This document shows, in pieces, positions 25,904-34,873 of a stretch of DNA of 64,000 nucleotides. Positions within the stretch are counted from its first letter, which is position 1; the number at the start of each line of letters is the position of its first letter. The stretch spans positions 9,644 through 73,643 of the forward strand of contig CAZWFX010000001.1 of NCBI GenBank assembly GCA_964633425.1, written 5' to 3'. The notes under the pieces are model-generated. The model was not told the origin of the DNA and ran no database searches. It saw only the letters and a program-made list of their open reading frames with translations. The position numbers and the translations under genes were made by a program. This DNA is from an uncultured Candidatus Saccharibacteria bacterium. Its GTDB lineage: Bacteria > Patescibacteriota > Minisyncoccia > Phycocordibacterales > UBA2100.

Positions 25904-26935
25904 ATGTCGTCCTATATCGCTCAAAACACTCACGCTCCAGGTATCTTTCAGGGGGACGTGGTCGTCAGGACCGCGATTCTGGAAGGCTTGAGAGATCTCA
26001 AGGCTCATCCCGAGTTCTTGGAATTTTGCTATTCGTATTTAGTACAGGACGATCTTACCAAGTCAGTCTACGGTGAAGCTGAACTCAAAAATGCCATCGA
26101 ATGGGTCCTTAAACAGGACATCCCGGTAATCGACGCTCTGGGATTTAACGAGGTTAAGCTGCCGTGTATTACCTTGGAGCTTATGGAAGGCACTGAGCAG
26201 GCGGCCACCTTGGGGGACACCCACTACAAGGTCTCGGAGGATTACTACCACGACTGGGTCAAGACAGCCAGCTCGCTGACTCCGATTGCCAGAGGACTAA
26301 ATACGCTAACTTTCGCCAATTTTGGCGGAGGTACTGTCACCAAAGGCATGGTCTTGGTGACCAGAACCGGTCAAATTGTTGATATACTATCTGTCAAGGA
26401 TTACGTAGTTACAATAAATCCGGATTACATTAATTATGATTACACTCAGGTAGATGTCTATCCTAAGAAACCACCCCAGTCAGTTAGACTGGAAAGTATC
26501 AAACTCAAGGAAAGCTACCGGATAGGCTGCCATGCCCAGGGAGAGGCTGTGCATCTGTCCTACCTGTTTAGCCTGATCCTGTTCCTGTTGCTTAGATACA
26601 AGCAAAGCCTGTTCGAACATCGTGGCTTCGACAACATGAAGGTCTCTTACGGGCCACCTCACCTACACCCTTCATTTGAAGAGTCCCACAAGGTCTTCAC
26701 CAGATACATCACCATCACCGGCTACGTTAGCCAGCACTGGCCCAAGTCCGTCTATGACAAGATCCAAAAGGTGATCTCCCAGCCCAGTGAAGCCAACATC
26801 AGCCTCTACCCAGTCAACTCTGAAGCCGAGTCCTGGAAAGGTTCCGAAGACACCAACCAAGACTTTGAAGACTTCTTTAATGACCCCAACAGCAAACGCA
26901 TTACCTATATGGTAGATGGGGAAGGCGAAGACTAA
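25904..26935 (+). CDS. hypothetical late/structural protein (343 aa)
   Basis: ORF in the same block. Confidence 0.55.
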   Translation: MSSYIAQNTHAPGIFQGDVVVRTAILEGLRDLKAHPEFLEFCYSYLVQDDLTKSVYGEAELKNAIEWVLKQDIPVIDALGFNEVKLPCITLELMEGTEQAATLGDTHYKVSEDYYHDWVKTASSLTPIARGLNTLTFANFGGGTVTKGMVLVTRTGQIVDILSVKDYVVTINPDYINYDYTQVDVYPKKPPQSVRLESIKLKESYRIGCHAQGEAVHLSYLFSLILFLLLRYKQSLFEHRGFDNMKVSYGPPHLHPSFEESHKVFTRYITITGYVSQHWPKSVYDKIQKVISQPSEANISLYPVNSEAESWKGSEDTNQDFEDFFNDPNSKRITYMVDGEGED

Positions 26936-26945
26936 GTACGCGATA

Positions 26946-27236
26946 TTATTGAGGATCTTTTGACTTAACACCTTCATGGTACATTTTCAGTAAGAAGGCC
27001 GCTTCGGCCAGGATGAATGTTGACAGTGGGTCATCCTTGAATTCGTAGTGTTTTCTAAAGGTAGGAAGGTCAAAGACGGCCGGTTCCTTGCCTGGGTAAT
27101 TAACCTTCACGTAGGAATTTTCTTCTGAGTCCTTAATCAGGAGGATGAAGGTCAAGCCGTTTTGGTAGGTTAGGACGAAGCCAAGGGGTGAATCGGAAAG
27201 GTCTTTTATTTCCATACAGTCAAGATTGTAGGGCAT
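26946..27236 (-). CDS. hypothetical protein (96 aa)
   Basis: ORF convergent with the 25904..26935 gene. Confidence 0.5.
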   Translation of the reverse strand: MPYNLDCMEIKDLSDSPLGFVLTYQNGLTFILLIKDSEENSYVKVNYPGKEPAVFDLPTFRKHYEFKDDPLSTFILAEAAFLLKMYHEGVKSKDPQ

Positions 27237-27255
27237 TTAGGGGACATAGTCAACC

Positions 27256-27267
27256 CTAATCTTTATG
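27256..27267 (+). promoter_or_regulatory. CAATCTTTA late-type motif (CTAATCTTTATG)
   Basis: 5 nt upstream of ATG27273. Confidence 0.4.
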
Positions 27268-27272
27268 TCAGA

Positions 27273-28304
27273 ATGACAGAGGATTTGAAAAAGGCCTGGG
27301 GACCACCGAAGGGAAGTGTCGAACATTTTGACAACAAACTGCGATCTTATACCGTTCCGGAGAGTAACAAACACGCGACTCACCTTCACGAGACGTTCTT
27401 GGGTCCGCAAGAACAGCAGGCATACCTGTCCAATCCACATATTGTAGAATACCATAAAAATATGGAAAATGCCCCAAAGATTCCGCCTGGCGGCATTTAC
27501 TATCCAAGCGCAGAGGGCGATCTTTTTAATGCAAAAAAAAGAGAATTTCACAAAACGCAACACGGACACTTAGTACAAGCAAGTAAGTTACTTGGAGAGA
27601 CTCAGCCAGGGACGGCCAATCATACGGTTTCAAATTTTATCAGTGCTTTGATGAACAAGCACGGAAAAGCGTCCATACCTCCTCCGAGAGGTCCTTTAGC
27701 CAGGTCAGAATACCTGGAGAAGAAGGCTCCTCCGGGGTTTTCGGAAGAGACCATGCACAAACTCAAGCAAGAGCACGGCGTAGAGTCGGCTTTCAAGATT
27801 GCCTGGGCTGCTCACAATAAAAAGACCAAAGAGACTGAAAAGGCCATGACACCAGAAGAAGAGACGAAATGGGCTCATGACTTTAAGGTTTCGGCTGACA
27901 CCGGCAAGCCGATGAACCTACCCAAGCCAGCCGCTCCCGTCCCCACCATGACAGAAGAGCAGGAAACTCAGTGGGGGCAATCTTTGAAGATGCCTCACCG
28001 AAAGCTAATCAAAATGAAGAAAGAAATTACCAAAGAAGTGTCTAAGGAAGTCAAGAAGGCGGACGTAGGTCAGGCCAACAAGGAAATTCAGAGTTTCACC
28101 AGTTTGGCCACACATCCAACGGCCAAGCCGGCGCCTGGCATGGGAGCCAAGCCGAGCAAGCCAGCCGCGGTCAAGCTACCCCACCAGAAGTTTGGTGTGG
28201 GCTCTGTGGTTCAGGGCATGGGAGCCAAGCCTGGTCCTAACCTGCATCCCACCAATCCCGGACCCAAGCTACCCAAGCCACCTGGGCCTGGCGGACAGGG
28301 ATAA
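27273..28304 (+). CDS. hypothetical Lys/Pro-rich protein (343 aa)
   Basis: ORF with a low-complexity C-terminal half (KPxP repeats). Confidence 0.5.
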   Translation: MTEDLKKAWGPPKGSVEHFDNKLRSYTVPESNKHATHLHETFLGPQEQQAYLSNPHIVEYHKNMENAPKIPPGGIYYPSAEGDLFNAKKREFHKTQHGHLVQASKLLGETQPGTANHTVSNFISALMNKHGKASIPPPRGPLARSEYLEKKAPPGFSEETMHKLKQEHGVESAFKIAWAAHNKKTKETEKAMTPEEETKWAHDFKVSADTGKPMNLPKPAAPVPTMTEEQETQWGQSLKMPHRKLIKMKKEITKEVSKEVKKADVGQANKEIQSFTSLATHPTAKPAPGMGAKPSKPAAVKLPHQKFGVGSVVQGMGAKPGPNLHPTNPGPKLPKPPGPGGQG

Positions 28305-28341
28305 TTTGTCGACGGTAATGGTCTTTTTAGACTACACCAGA

Positions 28342-28355
28342 GATAATCTTTACAC
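28342..28355 (+). promoter_or_regulatory. CAATCTTTA late-type motif (GATAATCTTTACAC)
   Basis: Upstream of the sheath gene, followed by the conserved leader CAAGGATAACTA. Confidence 0.4.
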
Positions 28356-28370
28356 ACAAGGATAACTACA

Positions 28371-30869
28371 TTGGCTCAGTCGTATTTGGATCCAGAAGCG
28401 GGATTACTCGTAATTCCTTCATCAGTGGCGAAGCCAAAGGTCGCCCAGACAGACTCCACCATCGCAACCACAGGAGTGGTTCTGGTTGTTGGAGAGGCTA
28501 CGGCGGGCCTTGACTACGCCAATGAGGAAGATCTGGAAGAGAACTCTTTCGGACCTGGTCAGCTCGGCGACGTCGTGGCCAAGTATGAAAGCGGCCCGCT
28601 GGTCGACGCTTTCAGAGGCATCATCTCTCCCGCCAACGACCCCCAGATCCTGGGAACTGTCAGCAGGGTCTACCTGCTAAAAACCAACGCCAGTGCCAGG
28701 GCTTCTGCGGCCATTTTGGACGATCTCTCGGCGGCTTACGGAACGCTTTATGCAAGAAACTACGGCGAGAGTGGGAATCAGATCAATTTCACTATCGTCG
28801 AGACGGACGAGGTCCGTCCAACCACGTCTTCGTATACATATATTTCTCCAGTTGGAACTCTAACCCACACGTTTAGGGTCAATGGAGCGGCGGCCGAGAC
28901 GGTTTCTGTCACGGCGGCCATGACCCCAACGGCTTACGTCGCTGCGGTCAATGCGCTAACTTCGGTCAGCGCCTCGGGCGGAGCTTCGAGAGGCACCATC
29001 GGTGCTGTTTCTGGTACGTTGGCGTTGGCTGCGAGCGGCAACCAGGTTGTTGTAACCAAGTCGGCTGCTTGGTCGGTTACGCCCACCGTAGGCGACACCA
29101 TGATCATTCCTACGGGATCGTGTATCGCTGGTGGATCTAACGTCAACGTTGGATCTTACGTGATCACGGCCGTCACCTCGACGACCATCACGGCCATCAA
29201 GCTATCGGATCACGACAAAGGTGGAGCGTCAGCAGGTACCGTTACGGCCCCAGCCAACGTCTCCGTTCCTCAGTCAATTGCCTCAACCACGGCAGACCTA
29301 ATGGCCTACAGCCCGGTCACCGTAACTACGGTCGGGACTGCCATCATCAACGGCATCGGCAAGACCCTGGAGATCAACCAGACGACTGCGGTGGAGTACA
29401 CGCAGTACGTTCTGGGGACGACCACTCCGGTCACTTGGCTTTCAAAGTCGGGAAGCCCCGCTGTTATCGTTTCGGCCACTGAGCGGTCGGTAACCATGAC
29501 CACTTCGCGTACTTCGGACGACATCTCCGATACGTGGTCGGTGGGTGGCGACATCGCCCTTAAGGTTGGGTACACCGGAACCACGGCTACAGTCCAGATT
29601 ACGTCAACTCAGGCCATTTTTACGGTGGTTGGCGGATCGGGGACCAGCATGACGCTGACCCTAAAGAACTTCGCCACGATTTCGGATCTGGCCACTTACA
29701 TCAACAACCAGACCGGCTACACTGCGGCCGTGGGTAATGGAGTCCTTGGTCAAAAGTCCCCGCTGTCACTAGACGAGGGTACTTTCAGCTGTGGAACAAC
29801 CTACGGCAATCAGACTGCGCGCATTAAATGCGATGCGGTTAGGTTCTATGAGTCGGTTAGGGACAAGTCTTCGCTGGTGGTCTTCAGCGACGATCAGACA
29901 CCAGCGGCCTCGGGTCTTCCTGGTGCCTATTCTGTGACCTATCTGTCTGGCGGTACGCTGGGAGCAACCACAGACGCGGACGTTTCTTCGGCACTAGAAG
30001 CAGCCGAGGGACTTACGGTGAACTTCGTGGTTCCGGCTTTTAGTCGCGACGCCACGGATGACATCGCGGATGATCTCACCGACGCGGCTTCTACGTATAC
30101 CATCGACTCTATTAACGCGGCCACTCTGGCCCACGTTACGGCCATGTCTAAGATCAAGGCCAAGAAAAACCGCCAGGCGTTCCTCTCTAAGAGGACGTCT
30201 CTGAGCGACGCCAAGGACGCCTCGGGGACCCTAGCCTCGGCCAGGGCTACGCTGTGCTTCCAGGATGCCAAGGCTCTTGGCGGAAACGGCATCGAGCAGT
30301 TCCAGCCTTGGATGCTGGCGGCCAAGGCTGCCGGGATGCAGGCAGCGGCTTTCTACAGGGCCATCTTCAACAAGGGCATCCAGATTACTGGAGTGGTTAC
30401 CGCCGACGGTTCCTACAACCCACAGAAGGACGATCAGACCGAGGACGCGCTTCTCGCCGGTCTACTGGTTGCTCGCAAGAGCAAGTCTGGTGGATATCGC
30501 TTCGTCAGCGATCAGACCACCTACCAGAAGGACAACAACTTCGTCTTTAACTCCATCCAGGCGGTATACGCGATGGATATCATCGGCCTAACCCTGGCCC
30601 AAAGAGCAGAAAATGCCTTTGTTGGTCAGAGCTTGGCTGATGTGTCTGCCGGAGCGGCGGTTGGCGTCATCCAGGGTATCCTGGAAGACCTGCGCAGGCT
30701 GCGCCTCATCGCGCCGTCTGACGAAGCCCCTGCTGGCTTTAGAAACATCAGGATCGCGGTCAACGGCCCGGTCATGCAGGTTCAGCTAGAGGTCTTCTTG
30801 GCCACGGCGCTCTACTTCGTGCCCATCTCGTTTACGGTTTCTCAGGTTTCCCAGACGGCGACTGGCTAA
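28371..30869 (+). CDS. tail sheath protein (probable)
   Basis: 832-aa ORF with a TTG start (SD AAGGA 9 nt upstream), directly upstream of a tube-sized gene. The C-terminal region (..GYRFVSDQTTYQKDNNFVFNSIQAVYAMD..VQLEVFLATALYFVPISFTV) resembles sheath C-terminal domains. Confidence 0.7.
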   Translation: MAQSYLDPEAGLLVIPSSVAKPKVAQTDSTIATTGVVLVVGEATAGLDYANEEDLEENSFGPGQLGDVVAKYESGPLVDAFRGIISPANDPQILGTVSRVYLLKTNASARASAAILDDLSAAYGTLYARNYGESGNQINFTIVETDEVRPTTSSYTYISPVGTLTHTFRVNGAAAETVSVTAAMTPTAYVAAVNALTSVSASGGASRGTIGAVSGTLALAASGNQVVVTKSAAWSVTPTVGDTMIIPTGSCIAGGSNVNVGSYVITAVTSTTITAIKLSDHDKGGASAGTVTAPANVSVPQSIASTTADLMAYSPVTVTTVGTAIINGIGKTLEINQTTAVEYTQYVLGTTTPVTWLSKSGSPAVIVSATERSVTMTTSRTSDDISDTWSVGGDIALKVGYTGTTATVQITSTQAIFTVVGGSGTSMTLTLKNFATISDLATYINNQTGYTAAVGNGVLGQKSPLSLDEGTFSCGTTYGNQTARIKCDAVRFYESVRDKSSLVVFSDDQTPAASGLPGAYSVTYLSGGTLGATTDADVSSALEAAEGLTVNFVVPAFSRDATDDIADDLTDAASTYTIDSINAATLAHVTAMSKIKAKKNRQAFLSKRTSLSDAKDASGTLASARATLCFQDAKALGGNGIEQFQPWMLAAKAAGMQAAAFYRAIFNKGIQITGVVTADGSYNPQKDDQTEDALLAGLLVARKSKSGGYRFVSDQTTYQKDNNFVFNSIQAVYAMDIIGLTLAQRAENAFVGQSLADVSAGAAVGVIQGILEDLRRLRLIAPSDEAPAGFRNIRIAVNGPVMQVQLEVFLATALYFVPISFTVSQVSQTATG

Positions 30870-30871
30870 GC

Positions 30872-30884
30872 GGCAATCTTAAGG
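30872..30884 (+). promoter_or_regulatory. CAATCTTTA late-type motif (GGCAATCTTAAGG)
   Basis: Between the sheath and tube genes. Confidence 0.35.
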
Positions 30885-30909
30885 TACAAGGATAACATAA
30901 GGATAACTA

Positions 30910-31380
30910 ATGGCGGCCAGTAAACAAGTACACGGGGCTAGGGCTATTGTAAGTATCGAAGGTACTATTGTAGGTATCTGGAACGACATCAGCGTAGATT
31001 GGTCCTACGACGTCCGTCCAGCCTATATTCTGGGCAGGTTTAGCGCGGCCGGTCTTACGACTGTTGGCGTTGAGCCTTGCAACATCAGGGCCGGTGGGTT
31101 TTTGGTGGTAAATCACGGATTCTTTAAGACCGGGAAAATCACCAATTTGCAAGATCTGCTTTCCCAGGAGTACATCCAGCTTACGGTCCTGGATCGTGAA
31201 TCGGATACGCCACTCTTGCTGATTACGGGATGCCTGCCAACAGGCATGTCCGTCAATCTACCGGCCAAGGACCTGGCCACAGGGACCAACACCTACATCG
31301 GGTTGCTTTGCCATGAGTACGGCAACACGCAGGCCGAGCCACCGGGATCTTCGACGCTCCCGGATCCTTCAGTAGCTTAG
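30910..31380 (+). CDS. tail tube protein (probable)
   Basis: 156-aa ORF immediately after the sheath gene, with the same leader AAGGATAACTA. Confidence 0.6.
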   Translation: MAASKQVHGARAIVSIEGTIVGIWNDISVDWSYDVRPAYILGRFSAAGLTTVGVEPCNIRAGGFLVVNHGFFKTGKITNLQDLLSQEYIQLTVLDRESDTPLLLITGCLPTGMSVNLPAKDLATGTNTYIGLLCHEYGNTQAEPPGSSTLPDPSVA

Positions 31381-31402
31381 TCTTGGCTTAAGACAACACA
31401 GG

Positions 31403-31436
31403 AAAGAGGGTGGGTTTTAATAGATCCACCCTCTTT
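31403..31436. terminator. bidirectional Rho-independent terminator
   Basis: AAAGAGGGTGG-(12 nt)-CCACCCTCTTT, followed by TTTTTCT on the plus strand and TTTCC on the minus strand. It lies between the convergent tube gene and the 31439..32005 gene. Confidence 0.7.
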
Positions 31437-31438
31437 TT

Positions 31439-32005
31439 CTATTCACTGATCTTGTACCGAATACCATCAAGAGACAGAAACGTATAGGCTCCGGCTGGGG
31501 TGGCTGGGGTGACCACGGATCCGCCAAGGTTAATCGTGATTGGAACCGTAACCGGATTTCCAGCAACCACCGCATATGCCGTAAGAGTCTTGACCTTGGA
31601 TGGATAGATCTGACTTGGAAGTGTGAGGATCGTCTGTGATTCAGTTCCTCCACTGACCGCCCCTTTGAGGGACATCCAGCCAAAGACGTCCCGGAAGTAT
31701 CCTGGGGTGGAATAGTCCCCTCCGACTGCCGCCCAGGTGCCATCTGGAGTCAAGCTCTGCCACGTCCCTGCGTTCATGGCCTTGAGGTAGGCCGCAACGG
31801 TTGACTTGAAAGAAGCCTTAACCTTGTCTCTTACGTCAAGCGGATATCCACCAATCTTTTGGTATTGGGCTTGATCGTAACCATCTAAAGCCGCAATGAT
31901 CTCGGTCGAGTTGCTGGTCACTCCGCTGAGAAAGGCCTGCTCTAGGTAGGTCTCTAGCAGATCTACTAAATCTTTTTCGGTAGAGGAAATGTCCAGTGCG
32001 GCCAT
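31439..32005 (-). CDS. hypothetical protein (188 aa), fibre-tip-like composition
   Basis: ORF, G/T/S/V-rich in its C-terminal half. Confidence 0.55.
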   Translation of the reverse strand: MAALDISSTEKDLVDLLETYLEQAFLSGVTSNSTEIIAALDGYDQAQYQKIGGYPLDVRDKVKASFKSTVAAYLKAMNAGTWQSLTPDGTWAAVGGDYSTPGYFRDVFGWMSLKGAVSGGTESQTILTLPSQIYPSKVKTLTAYAVVAGNPVTVPITINLGGSVVTPATPAGAYTFLSLDGIRYKISE

Positions 32006-32006
32006 T

Positions 32007-32576
32007 TTAGAGATTCCTTCCTGTTGTTAAAGCCGGAGTCTTGGTGGCCATGTTGGCCTTGATTTGCTCAAACGTAAAGGGCTTCATGTTGTTGCAGTCC
32101 ACGCCAACGTCCATTTGGTATTTGTCCTTGGGATCTGGGATTGTGCCGTGTACGTGCCCGTAGAGTTGCCAAGATCCTCGGTGACTGCCGTTCCAGCTCA
32201 CCATGGGATAGTGACATAGGACAATTTTTTTGGATGAACCCACTTGTATCTCTTTAATGTCCGAGACGGTCTCGAAGCACTGTTGCCAGACGGCGTCTGA
32301 TACGTGGGTATCGTGGTTGCCCTTGATCAGGTGCTTAACACCGTTTAGCTGGTTAATCCAGCAGATAGTTTTAGTAATGTCTTTATCGAACGATACGTCG
32401 CCTAAAACAAAAACTACACCATCTTTAGGGATGACCTTATTCCAGTTAGTAAGTAGTCCTTCATTCATTTCTTCGACTGTTTTGAAGGGACGGCTACAAT
32501 AAGATAGAATGTTCTTGTGGCTCATGTGGATATCGGAAGTAAAGAACGTTTTTTTTGGAGAATAGCCTCGATCCAT
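32007..32576 (-). CDS. calcineurin-like metallophosphoesterase
   Basis: FFTSDIHMSH (DxH), VFVLGDVSF (GD), IKGNHD (GNHD), GHVHG. The start is set at MDRGYS (ATG32576, SD GAGGAG); the track start 32621 lies deep inside the HNH gene. Confidence 0.75.
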   Translation of the reverse strand: MDRGYSPKKTFFTSDIHMSHKNILSYCSRPFKTVEEMNEGLLTNWNKVIPKDGVVFVLGDVSFDKDITKTICWINQLNGVKHLIKGNHDTHVSDAVWQQCFETVSDIKEIQVGSSKKIVLCHYPMVSWNGSHRGSWQLYGHVHGTIPDPKDKYQMDVGVDCNNMKPFTFEQIKANMATKTPALTTGRNL

Positions 32577-33184
32577 TTTTGGAACTCCTCTTCTGGCAAA
32601 GAACCTTTTGCCCGATTGCAAATACTACAGCAAGGTTGACAATTGTCAAGGACATACCCTATGGTATTATCCCGCCGATCCACTCCGTTATGCCTTAATT
32701 CATCCCCATACTCAGTTTGTGTCGTTGTCCTTCCTGAGACCCCGCAATACGTGCAGGGCATCAAAACAAGTGCATTAAACTCCTCTTTAGAGAGGTTCCA
32801 CGTAAATCCACGGGTACGTGCATTCTTTTGATAATAACGCCAAACCATGCCCAAGATTGCAACCCCTTTTGGTTTCCTAGAACGTTTTGCCACCAGCTCT
32901 TTTTGCAGACACCCACAGCTTTGTGTAGATCTTGAGGCTAGATTGTTATGGGTTACTATTTTCTCTTTTCCGCAACTACAGACACAACTATAATAGGTTT
33001 GTCGTTTAGTCTCATTACGGATACGAGACATCACGGTAAGTCGTCCAACGATCTGGCCCGTTAGGTCTACCTCAATTCCCTTGGCTCTACACTTGGAGGA
33101 ACAAAAGGCTCGTTTCCCAGTTATCTGAGATTTGTATTCTAAGAATTGGTTTTTACATACAGGACATGTGTACTTTATCTTCAT
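32522..33184 (-). CDS. HNH homing endonuclease (free-standing)
   Basis: N-terminal Zn-ribbon CPVC..CSSKC. C-terminal HNGVDRRDNTIGYVLDNCQPCCSICNRAKG (HNH/HNN). Confidence 0.8.
   Translation of the reverse strand: MKIKYTCPVCKNQFLEYKSQITGKRAFCSSKCRAKGIEVDLTGQIVGRLTVMSRIRNETKRQTYYSCVCSCGKEKIVTHNNLASRSTQSCGCLQKELVAKRSRKPKGVAILGMVWRYYQKNARTRGFTWNLSKEEFNALVLMPCTYCGVSGRTTTQTEYGDELRHNGVDRRDNTIGYVLDNCQPCCSICNRAKGSLPEEEFQKWIEAILQKKRSLLPIST
32621..32649 (-). promoter_or_regulatory. sigma70-like promoter within a 14-nt perfect palindrome TTGACAATTGTCAA
   Basis: Minus strand reads TTGACA attgtcaaccttgctgt AGTATT, about 45 nt upstream of ATG32576. It is located inside the 3' end of the HNH ORF. Confidence 0.45.
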
Positions 33185-33246
33185 TCTACGTAAGATTACG
33201 TCTTAGTAGTCAAAGAAAAATTTTAAAATATCGCGATCGTCGTAAG

Positions 33247-33329
33247 TGCTCATGGCAGGACTTGAACCTGCACGGGCCGAAGCCCCGGAGGTTCTAAGCC
33301 TCCTTCGTATACCGTTCCGACACATGAGC
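33247..33329 (-). tRNA. tRNA-Leu (anticodon UAG), type II
   Basis: Hand fold: GCTCATG TG TCG-GAACGGTATA-CGA A GGAGG-CTTAGAA-CCTCC GGGGCTTCGGCCCGT GCAGG-TTCAAGT-CCTGC CATGAGC A. CCA is not encoded. Confidence 0.85.
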
Positions 33330-33338
33330 CTTTGTGGC

Positions 33339-33590
33339 TTAGCCGAATCGTGCTACTAATTCCTTTGCGAACCTTTCCGTTGGGCATCTTCGGTTAGGAT
33401 AGGCCTTAAACAGATTATCAAACCACTGGGCTAAAACTGGGTGGCGGCTGGCAGCACGGCTAGGGTCCTTAATCCCATAAAGGATTTGGGCGGCACAGCC
33501 ACGGTCTGGATCGCAAGAACCAAATGGCTCCAACTGGTAAGCTTCATTGGCTGAAAGCAAGATTTCGATTTGATGATCTGAGAGTTTCAT
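33339..33590 (-). CDS. hypothetical protein (83 aa)
   Basis: ORF whose ATG overlaps the upstream small ORF stop (TAATG). Confidence 0.5.
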   Translation of the reverse strand: MKLSDHQIEILLSANEAYQLEPFGSCDPDRGCAAQILYGIKDPSRAASRHPVLAQWFDNLFKAYPNRRCPTERFAKELVARFG

Positions 33591-33736
33591 TATCTAGCAC
33601 CTCCGTCAGTAATACAGGGATTCGTAGAACGGCCAGATCTTTCTCTTTCCAGAAAAATTCCGGTCAAGATTCCGACTGTAATAATAGTAACGACGATTAC
33701 AATCGTTAGGTTTTCGCCAATCTCAACTTGTTTCAT
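33590..33736 (-). CDS. small membrane protein (48 aa), below the ORF-track cutoff
   Basis: Own translation MKQVEIGENLTIVIVVTIITVGILTGIFLERERSGRSTNPCITDGGAR. No clear SD. Confidence 0.35.
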   Translation of the reverse strand: MKQVEIGENLTIVIVVTIITVGILTGIFLERERSGRSTNPCITDGGAR

Positions 33737-33769
33737 TGGCTACAATGTAGCACGGAGATGATCGGAAAG

Positions 33770-34789
33770 TCAACCGGAAAATGCATGGGCCTTGGCTTCG
33801 ATCGTGCCATTGGTCGTGATCTGGACGAAACGGGCCACTTCGTGAAGTTCCTTTAGGTTGGTGGCGCCTGAATACGATAGCCCAGACCGGATGCCGTCTA
33901 GAAACTGAGTCAGAAGCCCCTCGGAGCTACCCTTGTAGGGTACCAGGCCGCTGTATCCTTCTACGTAACGAGGAAACCCCTTGGCTTCGGCCGAAGCCAT
34001 ACCCCTAAAGGCCTTGAAGGTCTTGCCTTTGACCTTAATGGTCTCTCCTGGACAGGCGCTAGAGCCTGCCAGATATCCACCGATCATGACCGCGTTAGCT
34101 CCGGCAGCCAGGGCCTTTACCGCATCTCCTGAATTTCTGACGCCACCGTCGGCGATCAGGAAATACTCTCCCAAAACGGACCTTTCTAGGTGTTCTTTGG
34201 TTTCCAGGAGAGACGCCAGCGTGGGGATGCCATGGCCGGTTCTGACCCTGGTAAGGCAAGCGGACCCTCCGCCGATACCAACCCGTATCATCCTAGCGCC
34301 AGAAAGGATCAGGAGCTTGGCGGCTTCGCCCGTGGCGACATTTCCGGTCATGATGGGGATGTTGGTGGTTTTGGCCAAGGCTTCGGTGGCCCTGGCGACC
34401 TCTAGATTGTGTCCATTGGCTGTGTCCAGACATAGGAAGTCTGGCAGTACCCCAGAGTCGAATAGTGGGCCAAGGTCTTCCTTTAGGCCCACGGCCAGCC
34501 CGACATGACCGGTTAGAGGTTTGGTGTGATCGATAACATAACGCAGTGCGTTAATTCTTGCTGGGAGTGGCATCCCTCGATGAATGACCGGGGTGACTCC
34601 ATTCACCCAGGCCGTAATGGCCATTAACTCGCCACAAACCGTATCCATGGGAGCTACGAAAACCGGTGAATGCAACTGCCCAAAGGGACTATTTACCGAG
34701 ATGTCCAGATCGTCCCTGGACTTAACGTCAGAAAACTGAGGGACCAAAGAAACGTCGTCAAAAGACAGAAGGGGAGTGCCAATATTCAT
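33770..34789 (-). CDS. GMP reductase / IMP dehydrogenase-family enzyme (no CBS insert; GuaC-like)
   Basis: LSFDDVSLVPQ.., ..VAPMDTV.., ..CLDTANGH.., catalytic-loop VGIGGGSACLTRVRTGHGIPT, ..ADGGVRNSGD... Size is similar to GuaC (340 vs 347 aa). The track start is GTG34810; the first ATG is 34789. Confidence 0.8.
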   Translation of the reverse strand: MNIGTPLLSFDDVSLVPQFSDVKSRDDLDISVNSPFGQLHSPVFVAPMDTVCGELMAITAWVNGVTPVIHRGMPLPARINALRYVIDHTKPLTGHVGLAVGLKEDLGPLFDSGVLPDFLCLDTANGHNLEVARATEALAKTTNIPIMTGNVATGEAAKLLILSGARMIRVGIGGGSACLTRVRTGHGIPTLASLLETKEHLERSVLGEYFLIADGGVRNSGDAVKALAAGANAVMIGGYLAGSSACPGETIKVKGKTFKAFRGMASAEAKGFPRYVEGYSGLVPYKGSSEGLLTQFLDGIRSGLSYSGATNLKELHEVARFVQITTNGTIEAKAHAFSG

Positions 34790-34873
34790 TTTCGGGTTTG
34801 AAGGTAGCACGATCTAGAGGAGTTTGTCAAGGGCATTGACGTCAGACTTAATCTAAAAAAGATAGGAGTTTTG

